Assembly (NCBI GenBank): GCA_051294905.1
Contig: CM119379.1
Coordinates: 23,560,001-23,624,000 of the forward strand
Source: Botryllus schlosseri
Lineage: Eukaryota
Direction: 5' to 3'
Length of the DNA: 64,000 nt
In this document: piece after piece, positions 1 to 13,279 of the stretch
How positions within the stretch are numbered: the first letter of the stretch is position 1
Layout: each line of letters begins with the position of its first letter
Notes under the pieces: model-generated
What the model was told of the DNA's origin: nothing
The model's input: the letters and a program-made list of their open reading frames with translations, nothing else
Database searches by the model: none
Program-made: the position numbers and the translations under genes

Positions 1-621
1 TATGACGTCACGTGACGCCATAGGTTCGGATTTGCATTCACACATGTGACATACCCTTTCGAAAAGGTTCGCGTTCACACGAACCTGAACCTTTCCGAGG
101 TTCACACCATCCCGAAATCACCATCTATGAATTATTACACAGAAATAATTACTTACACAATCATGCAAATGAAAGCTGTCGACGCCATAAACTTACTGAC
201 ATCAATACTCTCTATGATAAATCTACGCATCAGCATGTATTAATATGGCATAAATCAGCCGGAACTTATGTCAAGAGTGGAAGACATGCAAGTGAACTTG
301 AGTGAACCCTAATGCCCAAGGCTAACTCAAAGGCTATGTTTGAACTGCTACAACTTGAGAGCTGAAGTATAGGGCTAATTACTGCGGGAAATTATTCAGC
401 AGTACATGCGTATAATCGATTCAAGGAGGCAAAACACCATGCTCGACTTCCCATACGTCCATACATAGAACACTATTTGTATGTCAGTGTCATAACGAAC
501 TATGACTGGCTTGTGAGCATCGTCAGACAAGCATTTTCACATCTGAATGACGTCACGACGCCGATATTTACAAATACAAATCAACCTCTTTAGAAACGGA
601 AGTTGGCCTGTTGGGCTATTT

Positions 622-1471
622 CAGGGGTGACCAACCTTTCTGCTATTCACAACCGCATTTCGTTTGCTCACGCAGCGTACGGCCGCATTCCAGAGCATAT
701 TCATAATGGCCTAACTGGACGCCAAATACCAATGTTAAACTGTCCATGTCCATTTCCGGTGAACTCCGGATAGATTTATTTGTTCATATTAGCTTAGTAT
801 ACGCGCGGAAATCGTGAGTGGCCCTGTTATGAATAGTAAGTGGGATTCGTTATGGTCGCGCCAGCCCGCCAGGCACGAAATTTCTTGAATATTCACATAT
901 GAATTTCGTCATTAATATTAGCAGTTTCACATATGTTCCTATCAAACATATATCCTTTCTCGGTCTATGTGATCAGATTCACCGGTATAGAGTTGATGGA
1001 GGGAGTGTTTTCGAAAATTTAGGGCAAGTTACAAATGATGATGGATCTTCCGGTGGGCCAATTGTTTGTTATTAGTCGCTTTGTTACATGCTGTTATTTC
1101 TTGAATTCCCATCAGGATTGTCGTTATAGTGGAAAGATATTGGAATCACCCAGACGTACCAGAAACAAATCCTCACGATTCCAAAATGGTATTTCTATAA
1201 CAGGCGCATCATTTTCCTCTGCTGTTCACATCTGTACTGTGTACTGCTCAGATTGCAACGGGCGCTACTATATCAAAGTCGAAAATCGTAGTCGCATTGA
1301 ATCGCGCGCAGCGCGACGAAAATTTCAATAATAATTAAAATCTCTCAACAATTCCGGAGTGAATTCGTAAAAAGCCAATTTGCATGTCGACGGCCGCCAA
1401 CGCATACTCATTGAATAACGTGTCGACGGTCGCACAAATTTGCTTCTACGGCCGCAGGTCGGCCACCCCTG
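622..1471. mobile_element. hAT-type MITE (CAGGGGTG...CACCCCTG termini)
   Basis: TIRs CAGGGGTGACCAACC / GGTCGGCCACCCCTG; degenerate 8-bp TSD GGCTATTT/GCCTATTC; inverted homologous copy at ~26649-27213. Confidence 0.7.
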
Positions 1472-4400
1472 GCCTATTCGATCTCACGCTATGTGCACGA
1501 CTTTAATGGTTCCCATTTTCGAATGAACGGAAGTTGAACGATTCTGTATTCTTTTATAATTCGGGAATTCAGTAATTCTAATTCTAATCTAATCTGGAAG
1601 AAAAAACTGTAGCAACAATTATAATTTTATTCTAATTCGGAAAATCCATGTAGCTATAACTCCTAATCCAATTTTGAAAAGCAGAAAACTTTCTAGTTGT
1701 CCAATTCTGGCCGAGACAGCCAAAATTAAAATTTTGGTTATGTCAAAAATAAGGATACTTGAGAAAGTAGATTTGCATGAAAATCATTATTAGGAAGGTC
1801 GACAATAATTGAAAAGACTTGGTAAGCAGCGACAAAACACGTTTGCACAGCGAAATTCCTGAGCTGCGGTTCGTGAACCAGTGAACTATATATGCCTGCA
1901 TATCGGTCGTTGGTAATCGATTTGACCCACCTAAAAGTTCTCCGAACATGAAGAAAAGACTCAAAACCATGACGATGGTTAGTTTTTTGACGGCTTTTTT
2001 CCGGTTCTCTTCGTCCCTTCGTTCTCGACTATCGGAATCTTTGTGGCAGTGTTCCGATTCTACCTCGGAATCTGCAATGGAAACGGGTTAATGAGAATTA
2101 CTTTTACAATATGCAGTCAGCACTCTATATAGTCGGTGCCGACAAATTTTATAGAGCAGTGATGTGAGTTTCCTTACAAGTTAAAATGTCTATATTGTGA
2201 CAACTTATGCCCATTTGAAATATAGATGTATTCGTCTATATAGCGTTCAACCGTTTCAGATTTATTATTCCTCATATCGGGCTCGCTTCGAAAAAGGAGA
2301 TAATACTATATGGACAAATTCTACAGACTACTTTCCCTGTCAATATGCCTATGAAATATTTTCTGCTTATAAATTCTCTAAAAACGGATACCGGTAACAG
2401 TGATTTTATCTGTTTAATAGCGAGGAGGAGATGTGATAGGAAATTATATGCTAAAACATACGTGGATACCTAAGATTTGGATAAATCACAAATCCTTTTC
2501 ACCAAAGTAATAGGCTCTAGGGTTCAACAGAAACCTCACACGGTAATCGATGAATATAATATATACGAGATTGAGATTCAAATACCGATAACTAACTGAA
2601 CGAGGCCAGTCTTGTTACAGATGATTTTTTGGAGTCGACCTCAGGGAACATAGAATACGTCCTCAGTCGCATATCAGTCAACTCGACAATGACGCCATTA
2701 CGCTGAATATGATGATATTGAGCATTGCTTTGCTTGTCAAAGGATGATTACTTCAACATGATTCGCATTGGTTGCAAGCCTTTCGTGTGATCGTAGCGAA
2801 CCCCCGAGTCTAAATAGGGCTCTTGTGTGGGCGAAAAGTATGAAAGACATTGTTGCACTAATCGATATCACCAACCGATATCCTGATGGCCTACGAAGTT
2901 GAGTATTGCTGGCAACGTCACGACTAGGTGCACGTTGTGACAATAATGCTGTGGGTTGATCATTATTCCACATATATCTGATTTGTGCTAACATGCACTA
3001 CATGTTCCGTGTATGCTGTGCGGTACAACCAATCGAGGTTTCAAGGCTTCCACAGTTGAAAATACTATCGAAAACGTAGCTTTCGTCGTATTATTTCAGT
3101 ACTCGAAATAATCATCTCTTACTGCGAGGCGCAAATCGTGAGAATTAAAACCCGATTCAGATTAGAGTACTCGGATCATTGTGCTCTGCCCTGGTGATCA
3201 TTTGATGACAACTTACCGGAATCGTTGGAATGAAGGTCATGTTCGGATGCGGCCTTGCCAACTTCATGCGATTCTTGCAATGAGCATGTGCTATCCTTAT
3301 TTTCGGCAGCCCCGTATCTATTAGCAGTGCCGCAGCTCGATTGTAGCGGAGTCCTGGACGTGAAACTGGATTCTGCCTGGCTGCCCGATGGGGTGACTTC
3401 ACATCCCGACTGGCACTCTCGTCGCGGCTGTCTGTAGATAGTTCCGGGTCATAGGTGATTAAGGTAGCTCGGGTAGAAGTATAGAAGTAACCCCGTAGCC
3501 GTAGTTAATGACAAGTGGAAGTAGCCATTCTCAAAACGTGTTGAAGCTATTATACCAGCTGAAGTACAAAATGATGGTATGAAAAAGTATTGAAAGTGTT
3601 TTAGGTATTAGTTACCGGTCGCATAATTTAAGCAGTTAATGACAAACAACATAAATACAAACACGTTCGATTTTCGAAACTATATTCAATTGCCGTGATG
3701 CGGGTTTGCTGTGACCTGTTACTATTTTATCGACTAAATTCATCAAATCCCAGAAAAACTTCGTAGCTGTGCCTAAACAATTACGCTGTGAAGTAAATGT
3801 GGCAACAGTCTACTAACATGGCCACTTGAGCATATAAATCTACCGCATTACACATCTAACTACGCAACAAATACATACACTGTTAGAAAAATCCGTAAAT
3901 TTACACCTTTTTGAGCAGTAAACGAGTTTACATACGTGGTCGTAACGAAATTTACTGTTATTGAAGCCGTAGTCAATTACGGACACGAGATCGTAATTCG
4001 ATTCATCGAATCAATCCGTAAATTTACACCTTTTGAGCAGTAAACGAGTTTACATGCGTGGTCGTAACGAAATTTACTGTTATTTCCGCCGTATTCATTT
4101 ACGGACATGAGATCGCAATTCGATTCACCGAATCAATCCGTAAATTATTTCATTTGTCACACGTATGGGTGGGCATTTCTTGTGGCCAAAAAAGAAAGAT
4201 TTTGATAAAATTGTAATTCCATATACAATAGGGTTACATAAACGCGTAGAGTATTACGATTTTGCGAGTACGATTTTAGCACGTCGTGTCAGAGATTGCT
4301 GACAATCAACATTTTGAAAATATGCATTTATAGATATAGGAATTCAATATCGCAACAGTCAATAGTTTCATGTTGACATAATTTCAGTAGGCCAGCCGTT

Positions 4401-5649
4401 CTAACACCAAGTAGGCTTAAGAATAGATTGTATGGTGGTACATCGACTTTAAGGGTTATAGTCATCTTTATATTTAATAACAGGAGCTAATCAGGTGCAA
4501 AGTCACTCAACTCGCAACTGTCATAGTTGAGTGACTTTCATCAGGCGGGAAGCCAGCGATAGTTCTTTTGTTCGATATCCCAGGGGATTAGCGAGGAAGA
4601 TTGAGGTTAAGAATTGCCCGACGGGATACAGCGGTTGTTCTCGGCAAACAGTTGCGGGTGTGACAGAAGGGTTTCTTTCATAGAATAAGGAAGATCAGTA
4701 TATGCTTGCACATTATTCCAAGCATACTGGTAGGGTTGATGGAAAGGAACACATCATTCGCATGATGGACAGTAGCTATGGTGCCTCATTCAAACGTAAG
4801 TATAAATAGCTATCCTTATATTTTGATATAGATAATGCTATGTCACTACATGACTCCCCAGACTCGGTCGTGATTATATTGCTTGTCGCAGACAAAAGCT
4901 CAAAATTCGTTTTATTTCAATATTCAGTTGTGAATGTTTGCAGACAGCTATCTTACTGTTATCTATTATAAAAGGAACCCGTTCTCTCTTCAGGGCGTTG
5001 AAAAAGGTGAAGTCACTGAGGGTTGTCACCACAATGGAAAGAATTTCGACAATATGCAAAATGCTTCAATCGCAATCATACATGGCTTCTATTGGCATGC
5101 ACTAGTTACTATGTTCATACTTTGATGAGCCAATCTCGCAAATATTCAGGCGAATGGTAAGCAAAAAGCCTTCTTTTATTCATAATTGTTAGTTTATAAT
5201 TCTCGTTAATAAATTACCTTTCACTTTTCAGTGGAGAGACGCGTATAGTTTCAGTACACGAAAAAATGTCTCCTACTCAACTCAAATAATTACAATAATA
5301 ATTGATTCAGATTCGAGTAGTCGAATCATTGCAGTCATTTGTTGCCATTTACCATTGTTTGATAGATGACTCCAACAATCAAACAAGTCCAAATGATGTC
5401 AATGAAGGTGTGTTGTAATAATCCAATCCATATCTGTTTTCAGGAAAGTGTTCAAGGAGACTTTGTGGAGGAGGCTCCAAATCATCCGTTCTTGATCGCA
5501 ATCGGTAAGTTATTGTTTAGATTGCAATGCAATAGTTTTGGAAGTGACATTTTATACTTACGATTACACCAATTCATGTCAGCATGCGCTATATAATTTT
5601 AGGAATTAGCGTGGAAAGTTAGCGGGAATGTATCTAATAAAAATCACAA

Positions 5650-6240
5650 TTTGGAGGTGATTCGAGTCGATTCAAGTCAAGTCGCGAGTCAAGTCACATT
5701 ACCAATTAATATTAACTAATATGACACAATTCAAGTAGGCGCCAATAGTTGAGGAGTATATAAACTATAGTCGAATTCATTTTCAATAAAACAATATGTT
5801 TGGTTAATGGTCAAGTAAATTAATTTATTAGCAAAATATCTGTCGTACCGAACAGAGACAGATATTTTGCTAATAAATTAATTTACTACTTGTTTACCAC
5901 AAAGTAAACTGTAAGCTTCGAACACTTCGTTTGTGGTCAATTTATTTGCGAGAGAACAATGGCGGCTCAGTAAAACACACCATAATGGAATGATTGGTAG
6001 CTGTCCCTGGTTACACCAGCGTTGCGCGAACAATCCGAACATATGCAAGATTCATTTATTTTCATCGACACCGATAACTTTATCACTTGGAATTGACTCC
6101 TGAATTTTGATCCGAGTCACGAGTCAATCCACATTTCTGATACGTCAAGTCAAGTCGTTTTAACAAATTGACTCGAGTCAAGTCAAGTTTTACAAAAAGA
6201 TGACTCGAATCAAGTCTTGACTGGAGTCATCCCAACACTG
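5650..6240. mobile_element. MITE fragment rich in GACTCGAGTC motifs, nested in the CACTA element
   Basis: Ends GAGTCATCCCAACACTG, same terminus as the element at 46045-47041. Confidence 0.6.
5814..5887. repeat. Perfect 31-bp inverted repeat with 12-nt loop
   Basis: AGTAAATTAATTTATTAGCAAAATATCTGTC (5814-5844) / GACAGATATTTTGCTAATAAATTAATTTACT (5857-5887). Confidence 0.9.
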
Positions 6241-6810
6241 GTTTACCACAACCACCTCTAAATTGGTATGATTTATTAGGATGCTAATCTGACTACAATA
6301 CCCGTGCATTTTTAGGCTCGACCGTCCACTGTACAGACAAGTTTCTGATAACCGCCGAAAAATCGACCATTTATTCGACGGAATCCTTCTACTCTGCAGT
6401 AGCTTATTTCTTCGCCTGCTTCTATGTCTTCAATATGGAGTACTCAGAAGAAGCAACAGCTGCATTGGATTTCATGCAAAGGTGAGCTATGAGTGAGAGG
6501 GAGACCACAATTGAAACAGATTATACTAAATTTAATTGATACTAATTATGCACCTGGACTCCCCGAAACACGTTCTGATCTCGACTATGCCTACCTTTAT
6601 ATGCGTTACAAGACAACAACTTCTATCTTTAATTCTTGTCCCAAGCAGTCTCTGATGCTACTCAAGTAGAAGTAATCAATTACATAATTGATGCATCCCA
6701 TAACCACTAGAGTACTTGTGTAGAAGTGCTTCACAATGGCCAAATCGCGGGCCCGTGAGAGTGACCCACGGTGTAATTTTCTAAATTAGCCAACCCTGGT
6801 CTACGTAAAT

Positions 6811-7311
6811 CAGGGATGAGCAAATCGTGGCCCGCGAGAAGGTTTAGAGGGGCCCACTAAGTAATTCTTGAAGTTAGTTATAATTTCCAAAAATTAATTA
6901 CCCAGGTGATGTATTGTGAACTTGCGAGGCCAAACAAAAAATTGATCAGCCTGGTTGCGAAATGCAGGATCTTGATGACTAAAATATGAATATAACCCAG
7001 TCCTTGCCAAGCCAAATGAGCCTAGCTCTATACAGAGGCGACCCACAATATTTCAAGTGCCATCATTATTGACCGAATTCATTCATTAACTTTGAATAAT
7101 TTTTGCGCTTACGCGGCTATGTATTCAGGATTTTAATAACATAATTGCTATCGATTTTGATGAGCTGTAATATAAGTCTCGTTTTTGCCGTTACCTAATC
7201 CGGTTCGCTCTTAATTCGACGACTACTAAAAGGTTATCAATATTGAAGTGGCCTGCGCAATGGTTTGAAAATCTTATGCGGCCCTTCGGCTGAAAAGGTT
7301 GGCCACCCCTG
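6811..7311. mobile_element. hAT-type MITE nested in cargo-gene intron
   Basis: CAGGGATGAGCAA...GGTTGGCCACCCCTG; degenerate TSD ACGTAAAT/ACATGAAT; same family as 14015-14729. Confidence 0.65.
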
Positions 7312-8268
7312 ACATGAATTGTACTAGAATACACTATTACTATCAGCTGGCAATCGTTTTGATTCTTTGTGCCTGTTAGTAATATCCAGCCTATTTCATT
7401 TATAGGTACTTTGCTGGGATCGCAGAGCAGGGCTCAAAGACATCTAAAAGAAGAAAACTGACGTTCACCCTTAAGTGATAAAGTTTGCAAAGTTGCTGAA
7501 AAAAGCTCCATGAATATATCAATAAATGCTTCGACGCTGCATCATTAATTGATGATTAGTGTGTGGGTTTATGACCCGGTCTAGGAGTCGAGGAAATTGT
7601 ATGTGGATTTACCAGCAAACCGGGCATACTATTACTGTGATTGTGCCGTGATTCCGAAGTGCGCCAAAGAGTCGTATTTAGCTTTACAAATTGGCAGTAA
7701 ATTTACTAGCAAACAGTATTAATCCTACTGTTATTAGCCGTAATTTCATTGACTGTCTGGAAGCAGTTTTTAGTTTTACAATAGGGAGTAAATTTACTGA
7801 CAAACCAGTAATAAATCTTACTGGAATCAGTATTTAGTTTTACATTTAGTCAGTAAATTTACTAGCAAACCAGTAATAAATCTTACTGCTATAACACCGT
7901 AATTTAATTGACTTTCTGGAAGCAGTAATTACATTTACAAATAGCAGTAAAACTGCTGCCTGCTATTTGAGCAGTAAATTTACTGGTATTTTTTTAACAG
8001 TGTAACTACAGGTTACTGGTGCACAAACTGAACTGTGAATGAACAGAAATCAATATAACTGCTGCCATTTCCTTTCTAAGCCATTTTAAAACGCGAGACT
8101 TCGCATTACAGAAAGTGTCATCACATTGTTATTAGGTTCAACACAACAGCGTCATTCGCTTAATTGCAAATGGAGTTCATACATATTCGAGATTTAATAC
8201 AGGATTTCAGAAGGAAGGGGCTTCGATTTCGATACCGGACCTTCCTGCGTGCGACAAGACGTGTACAA

Positions 8269-8884
8269 TAGGGCTGTTCAAAAATAACTTTTTTTTCTGG
8301 ATTCCAGCCATTCAGTGAATAAATTGCCAGGTTACCTTAAAAAACGCTGCACACCAAATTTGGTTCAATTCTAACAAGTATAGTGCTCCGCGGATCCAAT
8401 TAAAATTTTTAATTTATACAGAAAAATTGAAATAAAATTTTTTTCAAATTTTTCTGTCAACCCCATGAAATTGTTGAGCTGTCTTCAGAGACGATGCAAA
8501 AAAAAATTGACTCAATTCGGACTAGTAGAAGTGGAGTTATTGGAGTTTTTCGTTGATAATTCTCCAATTATCCTTGATTGGTGGATAATCCGAGAATTAT
8601 CAACGAAAAACTCAAATAACTCCGCTTCTACTGGTTGGAATTGACTCAAATTTTATTAACATGGTCTTCGAAGACATCTCAACATTTTCATGGGGTTGAG
8701 AGAAAAATTTGAAATTTTTTTTTTAATCTCACGTAGTAAATTAAAAACTTTAATTGGCTCTGCCGACGCTTAGACATGTTCGAATTGAACCAAATTTGGT
8801 GTGCAGCCTTTGTTGTGGCAACCTGACAATTTAATCAGTGAATGGCTGGAATCAGGAAAAAAAAGTTATTTTTGAACAGCCCTA
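8269..8884. mobile_element. Palindromic (foldback) hAT MITE
   Basis: TIR TAGGGCTGTTCAAAAATAAC; exact 8-bp TSD GTGTACAA (8261-68, 8885-92); the whole element is a near-palindrome; related to 24896-25558. Confidence 0.9.
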
Positions 8885-8904
8885 GTGTACAACCTAAAAA
8901 TTTT

Positions 8905-9040
8905 GTTAGTTGATGGTCAACCAACTAACGGTTTTCTGAGTATAGTTCTAGTTCTAGTTGCGGATTTTGAAAATTGAGTAGTTCTAGTTCTAGTTCTAGT
9001 TCTAGTTGCGGATTTTGAAAATTCAGTAGTTCTAGTTTAA
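8905..9040. repeat. (TAGTTC)n-rich MITE end; second copy at ~10396-10610
   Basis: Shared TTAGTTGATGGTCAAC...AACGGTTTTCTGAGTA followed by TAGTTC/GCGGATTTTGAAAAT arrays. Confidence 0.7.
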
Positions 9041-10801
9041 CATTTGAAAAAATATATAGGTTGCCGAACAACTAGAAACACGTGTCGTGGTTTTGGGCGA
9101 ATCGAGATGCCGGTGTTCTGTTGAACGATGTTTGTGCATAGGCATTGCTCGCTCAAAGCCAACACTGCTAACAGTGTGACGTAGCCAGCGGGTGGCCTTT
9201 TGGGGTCAGAATCTCTCATTTCATACTCAAAACCCCGTTGTTTTGAAATGTGTATTCAATGTCTGATATTTCCGATAAAATAAAAATTAATGTGTTGACT
9301 AGGAGAATAAAATCCAGTTATGTACGGTTCCTAACCTTTAATGACTTGGGAGGGCCTACGTCACAGATATGCAACTATTTTCTGAGAATGACAGGCAGAA
9401 AATATGTTCGCGAGCTAAGTCAAAGGTTTGTACTATATTCATCAGCAGTGTATTACTTCCTATTAATTTATAAATTGAAAGCAACGAATTGATATGTTAC
9501 GTTCGCGAGTCAAGTCAAAGGTTGGCACTAAATTCAGCGGTGCATTACTTTCTAATAATTTATAAATTGAAAGCAACGAATTACGTGATTAACACAAGCT
9601 TTTGGGTGGATGTGTTACTATTAGGAAATTAAAAATTCAGAGTCAAAATACAAATATAATATTTATCCCCAGTAATTATTCAAAACAATGGCAAACAAAA
9701 AAACATTGTCAACTCTTTTTGGTCACACCAACCCATAGACACGTCCTTCCATTGAGACACCAAAATGTATGGGATGCTACCGCTTGGTCAGATGGTCACT
9801 ATCCCGAGCGGTGTGTAGCTTGGTAAAATAGTCCCGTTGATTTGGTTATTTCGCTAGCAGGTTTTCCGAATTCGTCTTCTCGCTGTTTCAGCCGAATGAC
9901 TGCGTGCTTATATCAGAGTCCCGACTTCAATTCACCCATTTTATATTGACTTTATTATGAATACAGATCACCCCAGGCATCGGCTACCCCTGGCACGCGT
10001 ACCAAAAGTGACAGGCAAGGTGATTTTTCATGGCACGCTAAATGATTTGATGTGCATTGTTATAATCATGTTTCTTGCAAAAAGTGAAGCAAAGGTTTTC
10101 AAAATGGAAAAAGCTCGAAGGTGAATCCCAATTATTTCGCGAATGAACACGAAGTAGGGTCCTTTGGGACAGGTTTTATTTTTCTTCAAAATTTTCTCCT
10201 CACTTTCCACGCATAGTCCGTATTTGGCACGCGGGCCGTAAAATGCCCAGGTCTGCCCTACGCTAATCTATATGCCTTCTGAGAACCCCTAATTTTCAGC
10301 GAGTCACAAAACAAATGTCTACCACATGTGTGCAGACCATATGTGTTGTAATCTGTAGGACTTAAGTTACTCAGACAGACTTATACAGACTACCCATTTA
10401 GTTAGTTGATGGTCAACTAAGTAACGGTTTTCTGAGTAGTTCTATAGTTATAGTTATAGTTGCGGATTTTGAAAATTGACTAGTTCTAGTTCTAGTCGCG
10501 GATTTTGAAAATCGGGTAGTTTTAGTATGTTCTAGTTCGAGTTTTAAAATTGATTGGTTCTAGTTCTAGTTGGGCTTTTTCTAGTTGGGCTTTTTGAAAA
10601 CCCAGTAGTTTGTACAAGTCTGTTCCCAGTGCCCAATCATAGCCAACACAGGCGTGTGATCATGAATCATATGCAGGAGTTGAGTGCGCGTCTTGACCGG
10701 CTGTGTAACCCCTGCATCGGAGCATCCGGAACAACCCTTGAAACTGGATCAGGTAACCCCGGATAAACATCAGATAGTCAATAATTTCCATTATCGTCGT
10801 T

Positions 10802-11034
10802 TCAGACTTGCCTAAGGTACAATCAAAAGAAAACGAGAAAAGTATAGGCCCGCCTGAAATGTACCGACCTTTCAACATCGTCGTCCAGTAAAGCCAATTC
10901 GTCGGACTTCTTCTGGAATCTATTCTTTATGAAATCCTTGAAGGCATCCGGCCCAGGTAAAGACATGTTCGAGCTCACACCAACGCGTTGTTCATCAAGC
11001 GGATAACAGCAGTAAACAAGCAGGCTATTTTGAA
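10802..11034 (-). CDS. Putative terminal exons of an unidentified gene (...LLVYCCYPLDEQRV...ELALLDDDVERQV*)
   Basis: Exon 11034-10869 is open for 54 codons; 57-nt GT-AG intron 10868-10812 with strong pyrimidine tract (same size class as GRK/SEC62 minimal introns); stop at 10804-10802. Upstream exons not found. Confidence 0.35.
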
Positions 11035-11929
11035 CTGTGTTAAGTAGCACATTTTTTCTATTTTGCGCACGTTACTGTACAGGAAAGTTGCGCACGGCAC
11101 AGTAAATAAAGTATTTCAAGTACACAGGCTCATTAACTGCTCGTTATAAACATTGGATGCTAATTACAATAGAAATCGATGCATTACAGCATGAACCAAC
11201 GAATGGATGGGTCATTATATAGATTGTGATGCTAATGGAAATTGATGCACTCTTGTGAGTGCGCTCGTAACAATCGATTCAGATCTGCGCGAGGTTGACG
11301 AACAAATGCTTCTTTCAAATAGCCAGAAAAGCTTCGTGGCATTTTGGTCTACGACCCCCCGAAACGATATCAAATTTTGTGATCACGTCCAAGTCCAGAG
11401 GAACAGATAATACGAACTGCAAGAAACAAACTCTGTCAGGCATTGCGAGGTAAAGACGAATATCAAGTAGGCCAAGAGGACATGACATCGAACACACTAA
11501 TTTAACTATACGTGACACGAGAGGGTGAGCACTGAGCAGTCGATAGACCGTACCACTTTGCCTCGTCCCAAGTATGACCAGTGAGATTTGTTCGATCTGC
11601 CGTACATATATTGGAATATGTGCTTACATAGCTGGGATAATACTAGAGCATATCGGAAAGCCCATCCCCTGTGACAGAAGTGCCGCGGGCAAATGTAAAA
11701 CGCGAGCCGTGTCCCATTAAGAAGTTATCATGTCCTGTCCAAAGTCCATGATACATTTCCTATGTATGTTGAGGATTGCTAATACACACAATCTCTTATC
11801 TCTAACTACCGCTAAATTGTATTTGCGTTGTATTTCAAATTGGTCCATGATACTGTGTCTTATTTTCCCTTTCGTTCGTTAGTTTATTTTAAATTATTTT
11901 TTTTTCACTAGTTATCGACTGTGAAAATT

Positions 11930-12073
11930 GCTCCTGTCCCGGGTGGCTCGGCTCTGAAGACTTTGTCATATCGAGCCTCCCGTCTACCTTGCATGTCGCA
12001 TTTCACTGTGACATTTTTGTAGTGTTATGTTGATATGTAATGTATACGAATAAAGATTCTCTCTCTCTCTCTC
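11930..12073 (+). mobile_element. LINE (L2/CR1-group-like) 3' UTR remnant
   Basis: Ends AATAAAGATT(CT)n, the same tail architecture as the LINE end at 57067-57088. Confidence 0.5.
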
Positions 12074-13279
12074 ACTAATCTGGCGAAATATACTGGATCT
12101 GGATATGCCATCGCAATACATTAGATTACGATGTAGTGATTACCTACAGCAGCTTCCCACAATCTATAGAAAACAGCGCAACATGCCGGTTTAGATCAGC
12201 GGCGCACGCTTGTCAAAATTCCACTAAACCTGTGTAGTTCCACTGTAGCAGTCCTTCTACATGATATATATATTGATAACATGATTTTCAATAGAATCAA
12301 GGAAGAATACCAAACATATCCCTTGCGTAGATTCACATTCATATGATCTAACGCGACAGCGTTTTACAATAACACCAATTGGTATATCAGTTGCTGGCGC
12401 AAGCATGAGCGATCATCTGCTGTACAGTGTACACTGTACTGTACATGGATATAAGATCTATTGACAGAACTACTGCTCATTTGACCACTATTTCAGCGAG
12501 GGCGGAAGAGACACCTATCAGATGGTGAACGCAATTCAAAGGAGAATTCATATTTCTAATCGACACCAACGGCTATAGCTGCTGCGCACTCACTCATGCT
12601 GTACCGCTAGATTACCTATATTAGAATTAGACACAACACGTTTGGTCGCATATCTGCCTCAACATCAGGGAGCTGATCTCATGCAATCAGCTGTCTCGCA
12701 AATTGCTTCCTCCGCGTAAAGCGCATAATCGCTTTTTCTCAAGGAATAAGTCGCATTGCCGTGACGTAATACAATGGGAAACAGCCATATTGCTATCATG
12801 TAAACTAGCAAAGCCATCAGTTTGCTTACGCTACTATCGGATGAGACACACAGACTCATGCTATATTTATCGCTGACTCTAATCAAGGATTCATGACTTC
12901 GTATGTTTGCTAATGCAATCAGGTTGCGGTACTGGAAATAATCGAGCAAGAGCGTCAACTGTTATATTGTAGTTGCGTTCGAGAGCCAATATCCGAAATG
13001 TTCTGTATCATGTTAAACTTAATTCTTCTCCGCATAAGACAGGAGTCTCAAACACGCGGCTTCTGAAGTCTGTTTGACGGGCCCGCGACATTATTCTAAC
13101 TAGCTCTCTGCGCTAATTTCTTCCCAGATTCCGAGATACTCTGTTCGTTTTTATCAAATCTCAAGCTGGCTACTATACTTACTATACTAATAATAATACA
13201 ATATTTTCCCATTTCATCGACATCAGTACCGCTGTGGAACTTCTGGAATATGTAGATCCGGCCTTTTGCGCATAAGAAG

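Larger units (their letters stand above)
4484..7513 (+). pseudogene. Decayed multi-exon SAMD3-like / EnSpm accessory-protein gene
   Basis: Exon remnants ~4484-4795, ~4945-5156, 5444-5504, 6316-6481, 7406-7513 with GT-AG sites; splice phases are consistent across the last four. Peptides LLCSYFDEPISQIF, EEAPNHPFLIAIG, TDKFLITAEK, AVAYFFACFYVFNMEYSEEATAALDFMQR|YFAGI...GSKTSKRRK resemble the C-terminal region of SAMD3-like transposon-associated proteins (recalled). Several stops and frameshifts. Confidence 0.65.
3878..8002. mobile_element. Non-autonomous CACTA/EnSpm-type DNA transposon carrying a decayed cargo gene
   Basis: Termini CACTGTTAGAAAAATCCGTAAATTTAC and GTAAATTTACTGGTATTTTTTTTAACAGTG, flanked by TA on both sides (3876-77, 8003-04); subterminal tandem repeats at ~3890-4145 (~120 bp x2) and ~7690-7990 (CAGTAAATTTACT motifs); no transposase ORF seen. 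Confidence 0.75.

Noticed and set aside
4498-4547. Minus-strand CTGATGA followed by a 14-bp hairpin, suggestive of a hammerhead
   Set aside because: The stem is followed by GCAC, not GAAA; the core is incomplete
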